Source: Octopus sinensis (Eukaryota). From it: a DNA stretch of 64,000 nucleotides. Shown here one piece after another: positions 25,023 through 36,973 of the stretch; the stretch's first letter is position 1, and every line of letters starts with the position of its first letter. The position numbers were made by a program, and so were the translations under genes. Where the stretch lies: positions 17,732,001 to 17,796,000 of the forward strand of contig NC_043017.1 in NCBI RefSeq assembly GCF_006345805.1. Direction: 5' to 3'. Under the pieces are notes generated by a model. The model searched no databases. It saw only the letters and a list, made by a program, of their open reading frames with translations, and was not told the DNA's origin.

Positions 25023-25138
25023 AATTCTCTGAAGAGGCCGTGGGGCATCCTTGTTAATGCCTCATTTATACCTGCCTTTATGGCTTATAGGTTAAATGAG
25101 GTATGACTGCCCTCACTGCCGAAACAGCTGTCAGATTT
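25023..25138 (+). ncRNA. Type I hammerhead ribozyme motif with a long extended stem II
   Basis: TCT-CTGAAGA-GGC...GCC-GAAAC-AGCT-GTC-AGA; palindromic ACAGCTGT stem III; predicted cleavage after C25132. Confidence 0.85.
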
Positions 25139-25469
25139 GATTTAATTACATATTATATTTGAAATTTTATACTTATATCTCTTTGTCTATTTACTCTTAC
25201 TGTATATTTTGTATAATGCCTTTACTGATATGTAATGGTGTATTAAAGTATTGATTGGGTATCATCTGATAGTTGATGTTTTATTGATTTAAGTATGTTT
25301 CTCCATTCTCTAATTTTATATATATATATATATTATATATATATATATCATCATCATCATCGTTTTAACGTCCGTTTTCCATGCTAGCATGGGTTGGACA
25401 AGTTCTACTCAGACATGCTAGCATGGGTAGGACAAGTTCTACTCAGACATGTGCAGACTCCTCTAGGGA

Positions 25470-26520
25470 AATTCCATCGATGATGAAGTCATAATCCTAG
25501 GAGATTTCAATAACAGAGTGGGCCAAGATTCAGAAACGTGGAAAGGAAGTCTTCGGAAAACATAGGGTTGGGAACTGCAATGACGATGGGCGACTCTTGC
25601 TTGAGTTTTTCACCAAACATCAGCTCATCATCACCAATACCATCTTCCAGCAAAGAGACAGTCTGAAAGCAACCTGGATGCATCCTTGATCAAAACACTA
25701 GCACCTCCTTGACTATGTCCTAGTGTGCCAACGAAACTAGTCTGATGTCATGCACACCAAAGTGATGCCTAGAACAGAATGCCATGCTGACCATCGTCTG
25801 GGCTGTTGTAAACTCAAACCTCACTTCAAGCCCAAACCAACAAAAAAGACAGGACTGGCCAACAACAAGAAAATTAAAACTAGCAATCTGCAGATAAACG
25901 AAGTGAAAGTAAACTTTCAGGCAGGACGACAGGCAAAGCTTGATAAATCCAATAGCCCCCTCAGATCCCTCTCCAGAAATCCTATGGGAACAACTGAAAA
26001 CCACCATCCTACAGACCTCTGTAGAAATCCTTGGGTTTATGAAGAAAAAGAACAAGGATTGGTTTGATGAAAACAATGTCCTGATCCAGGAATTATTAAA
26101 GAAGATGAGGTCTGTCCACCAAGCACACCTGGCACAATTGACCTGCCCAGATAAGAAAGCAGCCTTTCACCAAGCCTGCAGCTTTCTGCAGTGTAAACTT
26201 CGTGAAGTTAAGAAAGAGTTGTGGACCAACCTCACATGGAGAACCCAGCTGTGCACTGACTCTGGCGACTACAGGGGGTTCTATGAAGCTCTCAAAGCAG
26301 TCTACAGCCCAACACATCAAGTCTGAAGTTTCCTTGTGCAGCTCAGATAGCCAGGCACTTCTCACAGACATAACATCCATCCTCAACCACTGGTCTGAAT
26401 ATTTTCAGGCCCTCTTCATTGCAAACTGAGTTGTCCAGGAAAATGCAATCCTCCAGATCCAGCAGCAACCAGTCAGAGTGGAATTAGATGAACCTCCAAC
26501 TCTGGAAGAGACCACAGTTG
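25470..26520 (+). mobile_element. RTE/BovB-like LINE, endonuclease and linker remnant
   Basis: IILGDFNNRVG, GNCNDDGRLLLEF, TWMHP*SKH*HLLDYVLV, DWFDEN, GFYEALKAVYSP and HWSEYF. Confidence 0.85.
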
Positions 26521-26799
26521 TACACTTCAACCATATATATATATATATATATATGTTTTCTATATATGTATATATATATATATATATGTATGTATGGATA
26601 TGAATGTATGTGTGTCTATATATGTATTTATGTATATATATTTATATGTATATATAATATGTATATATACATATATATATATGTATATTTATATGTATAT
26701 ATATTTATATGCATATATATATATGTATGTATATATATATAAGGTTTTTTTCTCAAACCCTTTATAATGTGATACAAGTCTTTGGTGTAGCAATTGTAC

Positions 26800-26892
26800 G
26801 CGGCTGAAGAAGGCTTTTGATCTATCTGTTATATCAATTATGAATTGATGTAAGAATAAGTTGTTCTATAAAGTCCGAAACATATGTACCGC
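26800..26892 (+). ncRNA. Type I hammerhead ribozyme motif
   Basis: GCGG-CTGAAGA-A-GG...CC-GAAAC-ATAT-GTA-CCGC; palindromic ACATATGT stem III. Confidence 0.85.
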
Positions 26893-26930
26893 AACATCCT
26901 TTGCCTCCTGTTTTTAATTTGTTTCATTTG

Positions 26931-26959
<29 letters not shown>

Positions 26960-26973
<14 letters not shown>

Positions 26974-27246
26974 CCGTAATAATGAAGGGTGAAATTAATT
27001 AATTTGGAATAATTATCAATTACACCAAGTAGTCTTCGGCATGTAAAAGCCTCATTCGAGGAAAATTTAAGTAATACTAAGCAATAAAGGGTTTAGCAAC
27101 GAATTGCCTTACCACATACCGAATTTACTGTTTTACTGAGATCTCCCTTTTTAGTAGAAGAAATAGCTATAACTCTTTGACTGCTATTTCTAAATTCGGT
27201 ATGTGGTAAGGCAATTCGTTGCTAAACCCTTTATTGCTTAGTATTA

Positions 27247-27250
<4 letters not shown>
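26960..27250. mobile_element. Short repeat with a perfect 60-bp fold-back
   Basis: Arms 27068-27127 and 27191-27250 match at 60/60; a related copy lies in the opposite orientation at 46846-47070. Confidence 0.75.
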
Positions 27251-27284
<34 letters not shown>

Positions 27285-28131
27285 GTGTGTATATGAATAT
27301 ATTTGTATATATAAATATGTAGATATGTGTGCATATGTGTGTGTGTGTATATGCATAATTGGGTATATATGTACAATTATTACTTCATTCTATAACCCCT
27401 CTCTCTTTTTTCTACATTATTAAATATATTTTCTTCCTCTCTAGCTATTTAAAGAACTCCTGATTACTAAATATATATAAACACTTCAACCAAGAGTAAA
27501 TTTTGTATTATTTCATTCTCTGTCTGAAGAATCCACCATCTTCAGGCATAATTTAAATAGTCGACCTGAACATAGCCTATTCGTTCAGCTAGTGTTGTTT
27601 TTAATTTAAACGCTGCAATTTATGGAAGAGTAAGAAGTTGGGTGTGGTCTAAAAGTAGCAATTAACAAATATAGGAAAACAGGAAAAGATACAATGACAA
27701 TAAAGCAAATCTAATTTATGCTCCAAAACAGAGACATCAAAATATTCTGGAGTTGCTATAGACACAGTAGTGCCTATGGGTACATTAAATAGTCATCAAA
27801 TAGACAACAAACATACTATCGGTTAAGTGGAGACAACCACATAAATATACACTGACTATACATACTAGTATATATATATGTAATGTAGCAATTTGCAACA
27901 ACCAATAATTAACGCAACCAAACTTCCACATGTTACTTTTGACAATCTTTTTCCAAAGAGTGAAACCGGTAAAGTAAATAAACATCTTTTAAATTGCATT
28001 TTCAAACCTTCTTTCGTATATATATATATATATATATATATAGGGAGAGTTTACAAAAAAAACAAAGGACGAAGACAGGTGGTGTACAAAACAAACAGAT
28101 GTATTAGTACAACGCTCAAGAATAGAAAAAG

Positions 28132-28167
28132 TCTTTTACGTTTCGAGCCTACGCTCTTCTACAGAAT
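28132..28167 (-). ncRNA. Variant minimal hammerhead-like motif (A6U core) at the end of a short repeat (28021-28167)
   Basis: Minus strand CTGTAGA-A-GAGC(GTAG)GCTC-GAA-ACGT-A; stem I weak. Confidence 0.45.
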
Positions 28168-29589
28168 AATATCAGTGGTGTGGAGAGATGTGGCTGGTAT
28201 GTGAGGGCAACACCTGGTTTTCTATAAACAAACTGCCCTGGGCTTGTGTCTCAGAGGGAAACTTTTTCTGTGCAATCCCATGGCCATCCATGACCAAAGG
28301 AGATGTTTACCTTTAACTTTTACACACACACACACACACATACAGATGTATATACATTGGAGGAAGCATTTATCAGACTGCTACCACAGTTTACCACTGT
28401 CATATATGTGCAGCCAATGCGGCCAACTGTCACAGTAACAGTGATTGTGCTGGCAACATTGATAGTAACAATAACATTAACTTGGCCAATGATCATTCCC
28501 ATGCCAAAAGTGCTGGCAGCAGATTTAATGTAAATGGTAATGATGATAATAAAAGAAATGTTACGAATGGCAATATTGATACGATTCACATTGATATGTT
28601 AACAAATATTGGCGTTGCTATAGAACAAATAATACTAATAGTGTAAATATAAACTGTAATAATAATTATCTCAGGGCTAACCTTACTATCCAAAATATTA
28701 ATAATCTCTTTGACCATAGTTTAATCTTGGATAATATGGCTGGATCTAATGATTTTACAGAATTTAGCTTGCTGAAACTACCTGCATGCAGCAGATTAAT
28801 ATCCCTGCTGCTGACACCTGTAGCATTAATGTCCACCTCATATGTTTTGTAATTGTAAAAACAAACTTCAATGCCTTGTCAATAATTTATGCCTAACTAC
28901 AAATAGTGTCTACAGATGTGATATCGATACTAACATTTATGTTTAGGCTCAGCTGGAAATGTATTCAAGAATCATTTATATAATCATATCCATATATTCA
29001 AGACTTGTGATAAAGCTAAAGTTATGTCATGAAAAAAATTGGGTAATTGAAAGATAAAAATTTTGAGTTCCATATTGCCTTATATAAAAGATAGATATAG
29101 CTGTAAACTTTACTGCACAAAATTACTGGATATCTGTTGTAAGCAGTCTTTTTCCACTGTTGTATCTTTCTTTTGACAATGGTAGTTGCTCTAACTGATA
29201 TTGTTATATTCCGAAATCATCGATTGAATGGTTTCATCTGGCACTGTATGACCCACCCCCAGTCATACAGTGCTATTATTCCCAAAAGGTTAGATAAATA
29301 TAACATCCACTCAGTATCACAGTATAATTACTATATCAGCACAGACACGGCTATCAACACAGTCTACTCATATTCTCAACCTTGTTGACTTTCTTGACCT
29401 TCTCCCATTGACTGGCTACTGGTCTCTTCATAATGGTTGGCTACTACCACTTTTTATCAGGAAGGGTGTACAGCTTCACTATACAACAATATCCTAAAAT
29501 GTTCTGGTGAGATCCTCAATAAATTTAGAGAACTTAGGGTCAAATGCTTATATCACATTAAAATCATATTTTTATACTTAAAATCTGTT

Positions 29590-29770
29590 AGCTAGAACAG
29601 AGCTGTGGAAAGCATAAAAACAAACCCTAAAGTTTTCTATAAATTTGCAAAAGAAACAGCTACAATACAGTATAAAATAAGGCCATAGTTCCAAGGAAAT
29701 GGCTCACTAACAGAAAGGATAAGTAAGGTACTCAGTGAACAATTTAAAAATGTCTTCACTTCCCCCTTGG
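29590..29770 (+). mobile_element. CR1-type LINE ORF2 linker remnant
   Basis: AVESIKTNPKVFYKFAK..IRP..NGSLT..SKVLSEQFKNVFTSP. Confidence 0.7.
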
Positions 29771-30429
29771 ACACATGCAGATCAAAAATAGATCCTCTGA
29801 CTGTCAGCGAACAGAGCTATATGACCATCAGGGGACAGATGACCACAACCGACAGTGACAGATCTTGACATTTCACACTAGCCTTTGTACCAGCAGCTGT
29901 TGCATATTTGTTTTTCTTACATCCTTAGCACTGCAAGCTTCTAACCTAGTTGTGCAATTGTGAGTTTTCTTGGCTTCCCTCCAACTCCTACACATCTATG
30001 CTCTTTTTGCTCATCACTTGTCAATAATCGCAAATAAATTACTATTCTTTGTTTACAAAACATGCCTTCTGACGTTTATTTCTACATATACTTCATTCTG
30101 CGTTATAGTTGGACATAGTTGCATTCAAACACATTCCAACCAAAATCGCAACACTGGTGACCCAAATGTTGAAATATTTTTGTTCTGGAAATATTCCCAC
30201 CCCACCAAAAAAATATTAAAATATTTTGTTTATATAACAGTGACTGAGCAAATATTTCCATTATGGCTACCTTTCTTCTTCATTGTACTTTAGTCACACC
30301 TTACTCAACGCGCATGTGTCACCTTGTTTTGGATGAATTGTCTTGCTTGTCGCCATGAAGTAAAATTTGATTCTGCTTCAAGTTATGCCATTTCATTCTT
30401 CACTGCACTGAACTCCTGACTCAACTTAC

Positions 30430-30646
30430 CGAGCTTCTTCAGACTTGCCACATGAATAACTTCCCTTTACTTGCACCTACTTAACTCAGGCTTTCAGTGC
30501 TGGGAAACAGTCCCCAAAGCATCCCTCCTTGAACACTATGTCTCTGAAGCAAAGCTTTCGCTTGTGGTTAACACATCAGACACTGCAATCAGTGCTGTTT
30601 CACAGTCCTTTCATCAGCAACATTTGCAAACCTCTGACCTCCTCAG
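30430..30646 (+). mobile_element. Gypsy pol RT/RNase H-junction remnant
   Basis: LLEHYVSEAKLSLVVNTSDTAISAV resembles LL.H....A.LSL.VDASD.AIGAVL. Confidence 0.55.
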
Positions 30647-30664
30647 GACTTACTCAAGATATCT

Positions 30665-30887
30665 GTTTCTTTATTGCCCACAAGGGGCTAAACATAGAGG
30701 GGACAAACAAGGACAAACGGATTAAGTTGATTACATCGACCCCAGTGCGTAACTGGGACTTAATTTATCGACCCCGAAAGGATGAAAGGCAAAGTCGACC
30801 TCGGCGGAATTTGAACTCAGAACGCAACGACAGACGCAATACCGCTAAGCATTTCGCCCGGAGTGCTAACGTTTCTGCCAGCTCGCC
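30665..30887 (-). mobile_element. SINE family A, full-length, with 18-bp TSD
   Basis: TSD GACTTACTCAAGATATCT at 30647-30664 and 30888-30905. Confidence 0.92.
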
Positions 30888-32479
30888 GACTTACTCAAGA
30901 TATCTTCTCTCAAATTTGCAGCATGTAGATTCCATACTCTCTTGTGTCAACCTTTGTAGATCCTGTGTGATGTCCAAACCATTTCGCCTTATCCTTTCAT
31001 ACCGCTCAATCATCGGCGAGCTGCTTTTGTCGAATTTGCTACATGGTCTGGCAAAAATGTATTTTCCGCTTTTGTTACTAATTTCATAAGTTGTAGCATT
31101 TGTTGCTGTTATTTGAGTTGTTGCTGCTTTTGCAACTCAGCTAATTCCCCTAACAAGTTTTCCATAATTTTATGGACTTTTTTGAAAATTATGTACAACA
31201 AAAGTGTTTGTTACCCCTTGAGTTTTTCGTTTTTCCATGTGGAAAATTTTTCAACATTGTCCACATGAATTGTTTATTTTCTTGTGAAAAAATTTTTTTC
31301 TTTGCAACACTGTCTCCATGAATTGTTTATATCCTCATCACCACTCCTCCTCTACTTGTATATTGTTGTCACCACTAATATGTTGTCGCAGCATTCCGCA
31401 TCTTATTAGCTTTGACTCATCTATCATGCTATCACTGATAGCTCTGCAAGACAATGACTTTGAAACATCTACCTTGATAGTAGCTTGAACGTGTATATAT
31501 CATGTAGCTGACACTGACTGCAGCTGAGAACTCATACAACGACTCTACTACTGCTGACCCTCTACAATGACTGACTGTCTGACTTTATAGTGGCTGGTTC
31601 ATACCACTTTCTCACGTGGGAAAGAATGCATTATTTTCACTACAGCACACATATATATGTATGTGTGTGTGTATACACACAAACATTTATGCATATATGT
31701 TGTGTGCATTATGTGTGTATGTCATTCTTTTTCTCTTCCTCTCCTCCTCCATTTCTCTCTCTCTCTCTCCCCCAATTGTCTCTTAATCACAAGCTTCTTC
31801 ACCCTTCTCCTCACTGGTCCTATCCTTCTTTAATAAATCAATAGATTCCAATTTAGATATAAACCAACACCACCATTGCCACCATCAACACTTTACTATT
31901 GTCTCACCACCACCACCACCACCATTACATTACCACAAATACTACAATCACTAACACTAGCACAACATCAGATCAACTTTAGCTTCATGGCACCACTACC
32001 ACCACCACCACCACCATCCTCACCATCACTACCACTAACACCACCATCATCACCACAATACACCATCATTAACTTCATCTCTATCATCACATAATTCCCT
32101 CCACGACCACCACACCACACCCACTGCCACATCACCACCAACACTACCATCGTCTCCTTCACACTCACAACTGACTTACCTCTGTCCTTACCTCCACCAT
32201 CACAAATCAATTGATAAGACTAAATTGGTTACAAAGTAGAAGCTATTTTCATTTCAAATGATTCTTGGTGGTTGTGGTGATGAGTGGAGGTGGTGGTGGT
32301 AGGGGTGTTAAATGGGGAGGTGACTGACCTTTGACCTCCAGTACTCTGTACTTAATTAAAAAGAGTGAAGTTTGCATTAGTAGAGTGAGGGTAAGTATAG
32401 TTGTCCTAGGTTCAAACTGTAAATGAGGCCATGGTATTTAAACAAATGTGAGTCCTTATGTATGTATGCCATTGTTCAG

Positions 32480-33205
32480 TTTTATTTCAAGACTTCTTGC
32501 CAATTGAGAAAGACCCGGTTTCTAACCTAGATCCAAGGCCCCTTCATTGGAATTTCAACATCAGCAACAGGGTATTATTGTTTGGATGTCATTATTCATT
32601 TTATTTCAAGATTTCTTGCCAATAGAGAAAGAGCCAGTTTCTGACATACATCCAAGGTTCCTTCATTAGAATTTCAACATCAACAACGGGGTATTTTTGT
32701 ATGTATGTATGTATGTATGTATGTATGTATGTATGTATGTATGTATGTATGTATGTATGTATGTTGTATGTATGTATGTATGTATGTATGTATGTATGTT
32801 TGTATGTATGTATGTATGTATGTATGTATGCATGCATGTATGTATGTATGTTTGTATGTATGTATGTTTGTTTGTATGTATGTATGTATGTATGTATGTA
32901 TGTATGTATGTATGTATGTATGTATGAATGTATGTATGTTTGTATGTATGTATGTTTGTATGTATGTATGTTTGTTTGTATGTATGTATGTATGTATGTA
33001 TGTATGTATGTATGTATGTATGTTTGTATGCATGTATGTATGTATGTTTGTATGTATGTATGTATGTTTGTATGCATGTATGTATGCATGCATGCATGTA
33101 TGTATGTATGTATGTATGTATGTATGTATGTATGTTTGTATGTATGTATGTATGTATGTATGTATGTATGTATGTTTGTATGTATGTTTGTATGTATGTA
33201 TGTAT
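32480..33205. repeat. Tandem dimer of a ~120-bp unit followed by a ~500-bp (GTAT)n array
   Basis: TTTTATTTCAAG at 32480 and 32600; (GTAT)n at 32699-33205. Confidence 0.9.
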
Positions 33206-33269
33206 GAGTTTTAAAAGTCCATAAATACATGCCAATCCCAACTGAGGCAAATGAAATAGACATGGTGGT

Positions 33270-34390
33270 GAAAACAGACTCAAGAGTTGCAGTATGCCGC
33301 AGACAGATGTGACTTGAAGCCATTCTATCAGAATTTAAAGGGTCTTTTTGGACATGTGTTTGTTGGCTCAATTCCCGTGCTTTCAATTGAGAGTAATATT
33401 TTCACGGGCAAAAAGGGGGATCATGAAGCACTGGGCAGAGCATTTTTCAAACGTTCTGAATATGGACTCGAATGTTGATGAAGAACTCAGTTACTCCATC
33501 AAATGCTGAGATAAAAAAAGACCATAAAACAGCTCACAAATGGAAAGTCATCTGGCAATCATGGCATACCAGCTGAGATATATAAATGAGGATGCAATCT
33601 CCTGCAGAACAAATTATGTTAACTCTTCTCCTTAATCTGGGAATTAGGATCAGTCCCACAAGAGTTTAAAGAAGCTTCTATTCATCATCATCATCATCGT
33701 TTAACGTCTGTTTTCCGCGCTAGCACGGGTTGGATGGTTCGACCGGGGTCTGGGGAGCCAGGGGCTGCTCCAGGCTCCAGTCTGATCTGGCAGTGTTTCT
33801 ACAGCTGGATGCCCTTCCTAACGCCAACCACTCCGCGAGTGTAGTGGGTGCTTTTTACGTGCCACCTGCACAGGTGCAAGAGGGGTCTGGTATCGGCCAC
33901 GATCGGTTGGTGCTTTTTATGTGCCACCGGCACAGAAGCCAGTCTTTATAAGCCATCTTTATAAGCACAAAGACAACAAATGTGAATGTGACAACCATAG
34001 AGGTATTTCCGTTTTGTGAGTTTCTGGGAAGATTCTTGGAAGGGTTATCTTAAACGGACTACTTGATGCCCTTGTCAGCCTAGTGTTGCCTGAATCTTGG
34101 CATGGCTTTTGGGCTGGTAGAGGCACAGTGGATAGGATTTTCAGCCTAAGGCAACAGCAGAAAAAATCTCATGAGCACTTCCAAGACGTTTTTATCACCT
34201 TTGTAGATCTAACCAAAGCTTTCAGCACCATATCTAGGGATGCTCTTTGGGTTGTCCTTAGAAAGCTAGGTGCTCCTGAAAAGGTGCTCAATGTCATTAT
34301 TTCTTTCCATCAGGGGATGATAGTTTCTGTTAGATCTATGGGGGGGGGGGTCTGATTCATTCACAGTCTCAAATGGGACAAAACAATATT
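33270..34390 (+). mobile_element. RTE/BovB-like LINE reverse transcriptase remnant interrupted by a family C SINE
   Basis: HLYKHKDNKCECDNHRGIS, LPESWHGFWAGRGTVDRIFSLRQ and FITFVDLTKAFSTISR. Confidence 0.88.
33683..33945 (-). mobile_element. SINE family C
   Basis: (CAT)n tail and conserved body. Confidence 0.85.
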
Positions 34391-34803
34391 GAGGTGCTCA
34401 GGTGAAGAAAGAAACAGTAGAGACTAACTGTTTCACATTAATTTTGTGTGTTGAAGAAGCAGAGAAAATTTTATGAAACTGATATATCAGAAAAAATAGA
34501 AGGTACGTGATGGTTTATACAAGGTGTTTTGTGATGGTTATATAAGAAGTGTGTAATGGTTTAGATTAGACTGTTGTGACAATTTATACAAGGGGTGTGT
34601 GACAGTTTATAATTAAGATATATAAACATTTAGTGTCTTTGTTCTTGTACATGGTTAATAATGTCATTAGTGACTGTGAATTAATAAAGATATTTATGCA
34701 AATGATGTTAGATATAAGAAGTAAAAGATAAGTGGCACTCTAGAGAGAGAAAAAAAACCAGCTGGTTAACTGACTGAGTGTTGATTATAACATATATATA
34801 TAT

Positions 34804-35596
34804 GGGTGCAGGCATGGCAGTGTTGTAAGATGTTTGCTTCACAACCATTATGGTTCCGGGTTAGGTTCCACTGTGTGGCACCTTTGGCAAGTATCTTCTA
34901 TAGCCCCGGCCCAATGAAAGCCTTACTCTTTACTCTTTTACCCTTTTACTTGTTTCAGTCATTTGACTGCGGCCATGCTGGAGCACCGCCTTTAATCGAG
35001 CAACTTGACCCCGGGACTTATTCTTTTGTAAGCCCAGTACTTATTCTATCGGTCTCTTTTGCCGAACCACTAAGTAACGGGGACATAAACACACCAGCAT
35101 CGGTTGTCAAGCAATGCTAGGGGGACATACATATATACGACAGGCTTCTTTCAGTTTCTGTCTACCAAATCCACTCACAAGGCATTGGTCGGCCCGGGGC
35201 TATAGCAGAAGACACTTGCCCAAGATGCCACGCAGTGGGACTGAACCTGGAACCATGTGGCTGGTTAGCAAGCTACTTACCACACAGCCACTCCTGCGCC
35301 TTGTGAGTGAATTTGGTAGATGGAAACTGAAGGAAGTCCATTGTACATGCATTTGTGTGTGTGTGTGAGTGTATGTGCATGTGAGCGTGTATGTGTGTTT
35401 ATGCCTATCCTCTGCTATCACTTGACAACAGTGTTGGTTTGTTTATGTCCCTTATAACTTAGTGGTTAAGCAAAAGTGACTGTTAAAATAAGTACCTGGC
35501 TTTAAAAAAAAAGTACTGCTTCAATTTGTTTGACTAAAACTCTTCAAGGTGGTGCCCCAGCATGGCCACAGTCATTTGACTGAAACAAGTAAAAGA
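34804..35596. mobile_element. Nested SINE B: a plus-strand copy split by a full minus-strand copy (34925-35300)
   Basis: The host halves join as AAAGCCTT|GTGAGTG; the inner copy is complete. Confidence 0.85.
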
Positions 35597-35615
35597 TAAT
35601 ATATATATATATAAG

Positions 35616-35699
35616 ATAGCAGTAATACCCGTCGTTGATCGGGTAATTACTTTTATTCTTTCTTGGGAGCCACATTTAAAGTGTTATTATATATAGAGA
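35616..35699 (-). mobile_element. Possible mini-Helitron
   Basis: Ends resemble 36286-36679 (hairpin CCCGTCGTTGATCGGG near a degenerate CTAG; TATAGAGAT at the other end). Confidence 0.4.
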
Positions 35700-36285
35700 T
35701 TTACTCCTCCTGTATGTGTGTATTTTATAGGGAAAAAAAACATGTAATAATTGAAGTACAAAAAAGATCAATTACATACATGAACTTCTGTTTGTTTATT
35801 ATATGACATAAGTGAGTTGTATGCTTCATTTTATATATCAATGCAGTAATGGCAATTATATAATACACAAGGCTTTGATTGGCCTCATGCTGCACAATGG
35901 GATGAACCCAAGGCAGCATGGCTGGAAAGCAAGATTCTCAACCACCCAGTCATGCCTATAAAGGAGAGACTCATTTTGGATAATATACTCCTTAATACAA
36001 TATGCTTAACAAAAAGATGACATGCTTACAGCAAGAAGACCTTTGATTTTAATATTTACTTGAGCAATGCAGCGGTGGTACCCCAGCATGGCCGCAGCCT
36101 TCGGGCTAAAACATTTTTAAGGATTTAAGGAATGCAACAACTAACAACGCTACACCATACAGGGTGTTCCAGACTTAACTATCTGTTTCATGAAATTGAA
36201 TGAATTTTTTAAAAACTGACAGAATTTTATGTTTATTGACAAAACAAATAGATTTATAAATCTTATGTTAAACTTTTATTGAAAA

Positions 36286-36679
36286 CTAGCAGTATCGCCC
36301 GGTGTTGCTCGGGTTTGTTTCAACCCTTTAGAATTGGAATTTTTGAAAAGTAAAAATTTTCCATTATGTAGCTTGTTATTCTCTTTAAGTGAACATTTTT
36401 CTGGTTGAAATGCACCAAAAAATGGTGACACAGCAGTCAAAAAATCGTAAAAAATAAGGATTTCCATAGAAAAAAAAAGCACCTTTTTGATGTAAATAAT
36501 TTTTGGTGTTAACATGGTCCGATTTGAATTTTTTCTTCTACGGAAGGAAGAGCAAGCCTTCTTCTATCATACTTTCAATTTTGGTCAACATGCGCCGCAG
36601 GGTCTCGGAGGAGATAGTGTTAGTTGAAGGCTAACAAACCTGCCATACACAGACAACTTCAGCATTATATAGAGAGAGA
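36286..36679 (-). mobile_element. Non-autonomous Helitron
   Basis: Minus strand A|TC 5' end; GC hairpin CCCGAGCAACACCGGG shortly before the CTAG|T 3' end. Confidence 0.8.
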
Positions 36680-36744
36680 TTTTCAACATGTCTGTATCCC
36701 AGCATACTTCAAATCTTTCCTTAGCGTTGTGAAACACATTTTAA

Positions 36745-36747
<3 letters not shown>

Positions 36748-36780
<33 letters not shown>

Positions 36781-36973
36781 TGTGTACAGTGCTCAGGTGC
36801 ACTACAACTCATCTAAAGTGTATATATAATCAGGTGAAGTTTCGGCGGATTTCGGAAAGCATGAGGGCCTTAAAAGATGCAGTGTCATGGCAGTCAACAA
36901 CTGACGCAGGCAGTTTATTCCATGCTTCAGCAACTCTGAGCGTGAAAAAATGTTTCCGAAAGTCATGGGAAGC
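36748..36973 (-). mobile_element. CR1-type LINE 3' end
   Basis: Near-identical to 5228-5465, including the (AAT)n tail. Confidence 0.88.

Noticed and set aside
27030-27070. Minus-strand CGAATGA-GGC..GCC-GAAG motif in the fold-back family
   Set aside because: The core and stem I are too degenerate in both copies to call; a consensus is needed.
30560-30622. Minus-strand CTGATGA..GAAAC..GTC hammerhead-like order
   Set aside because: No stem II, stem I is wobble-only, and it lies within Gypsy pol coding remnant.
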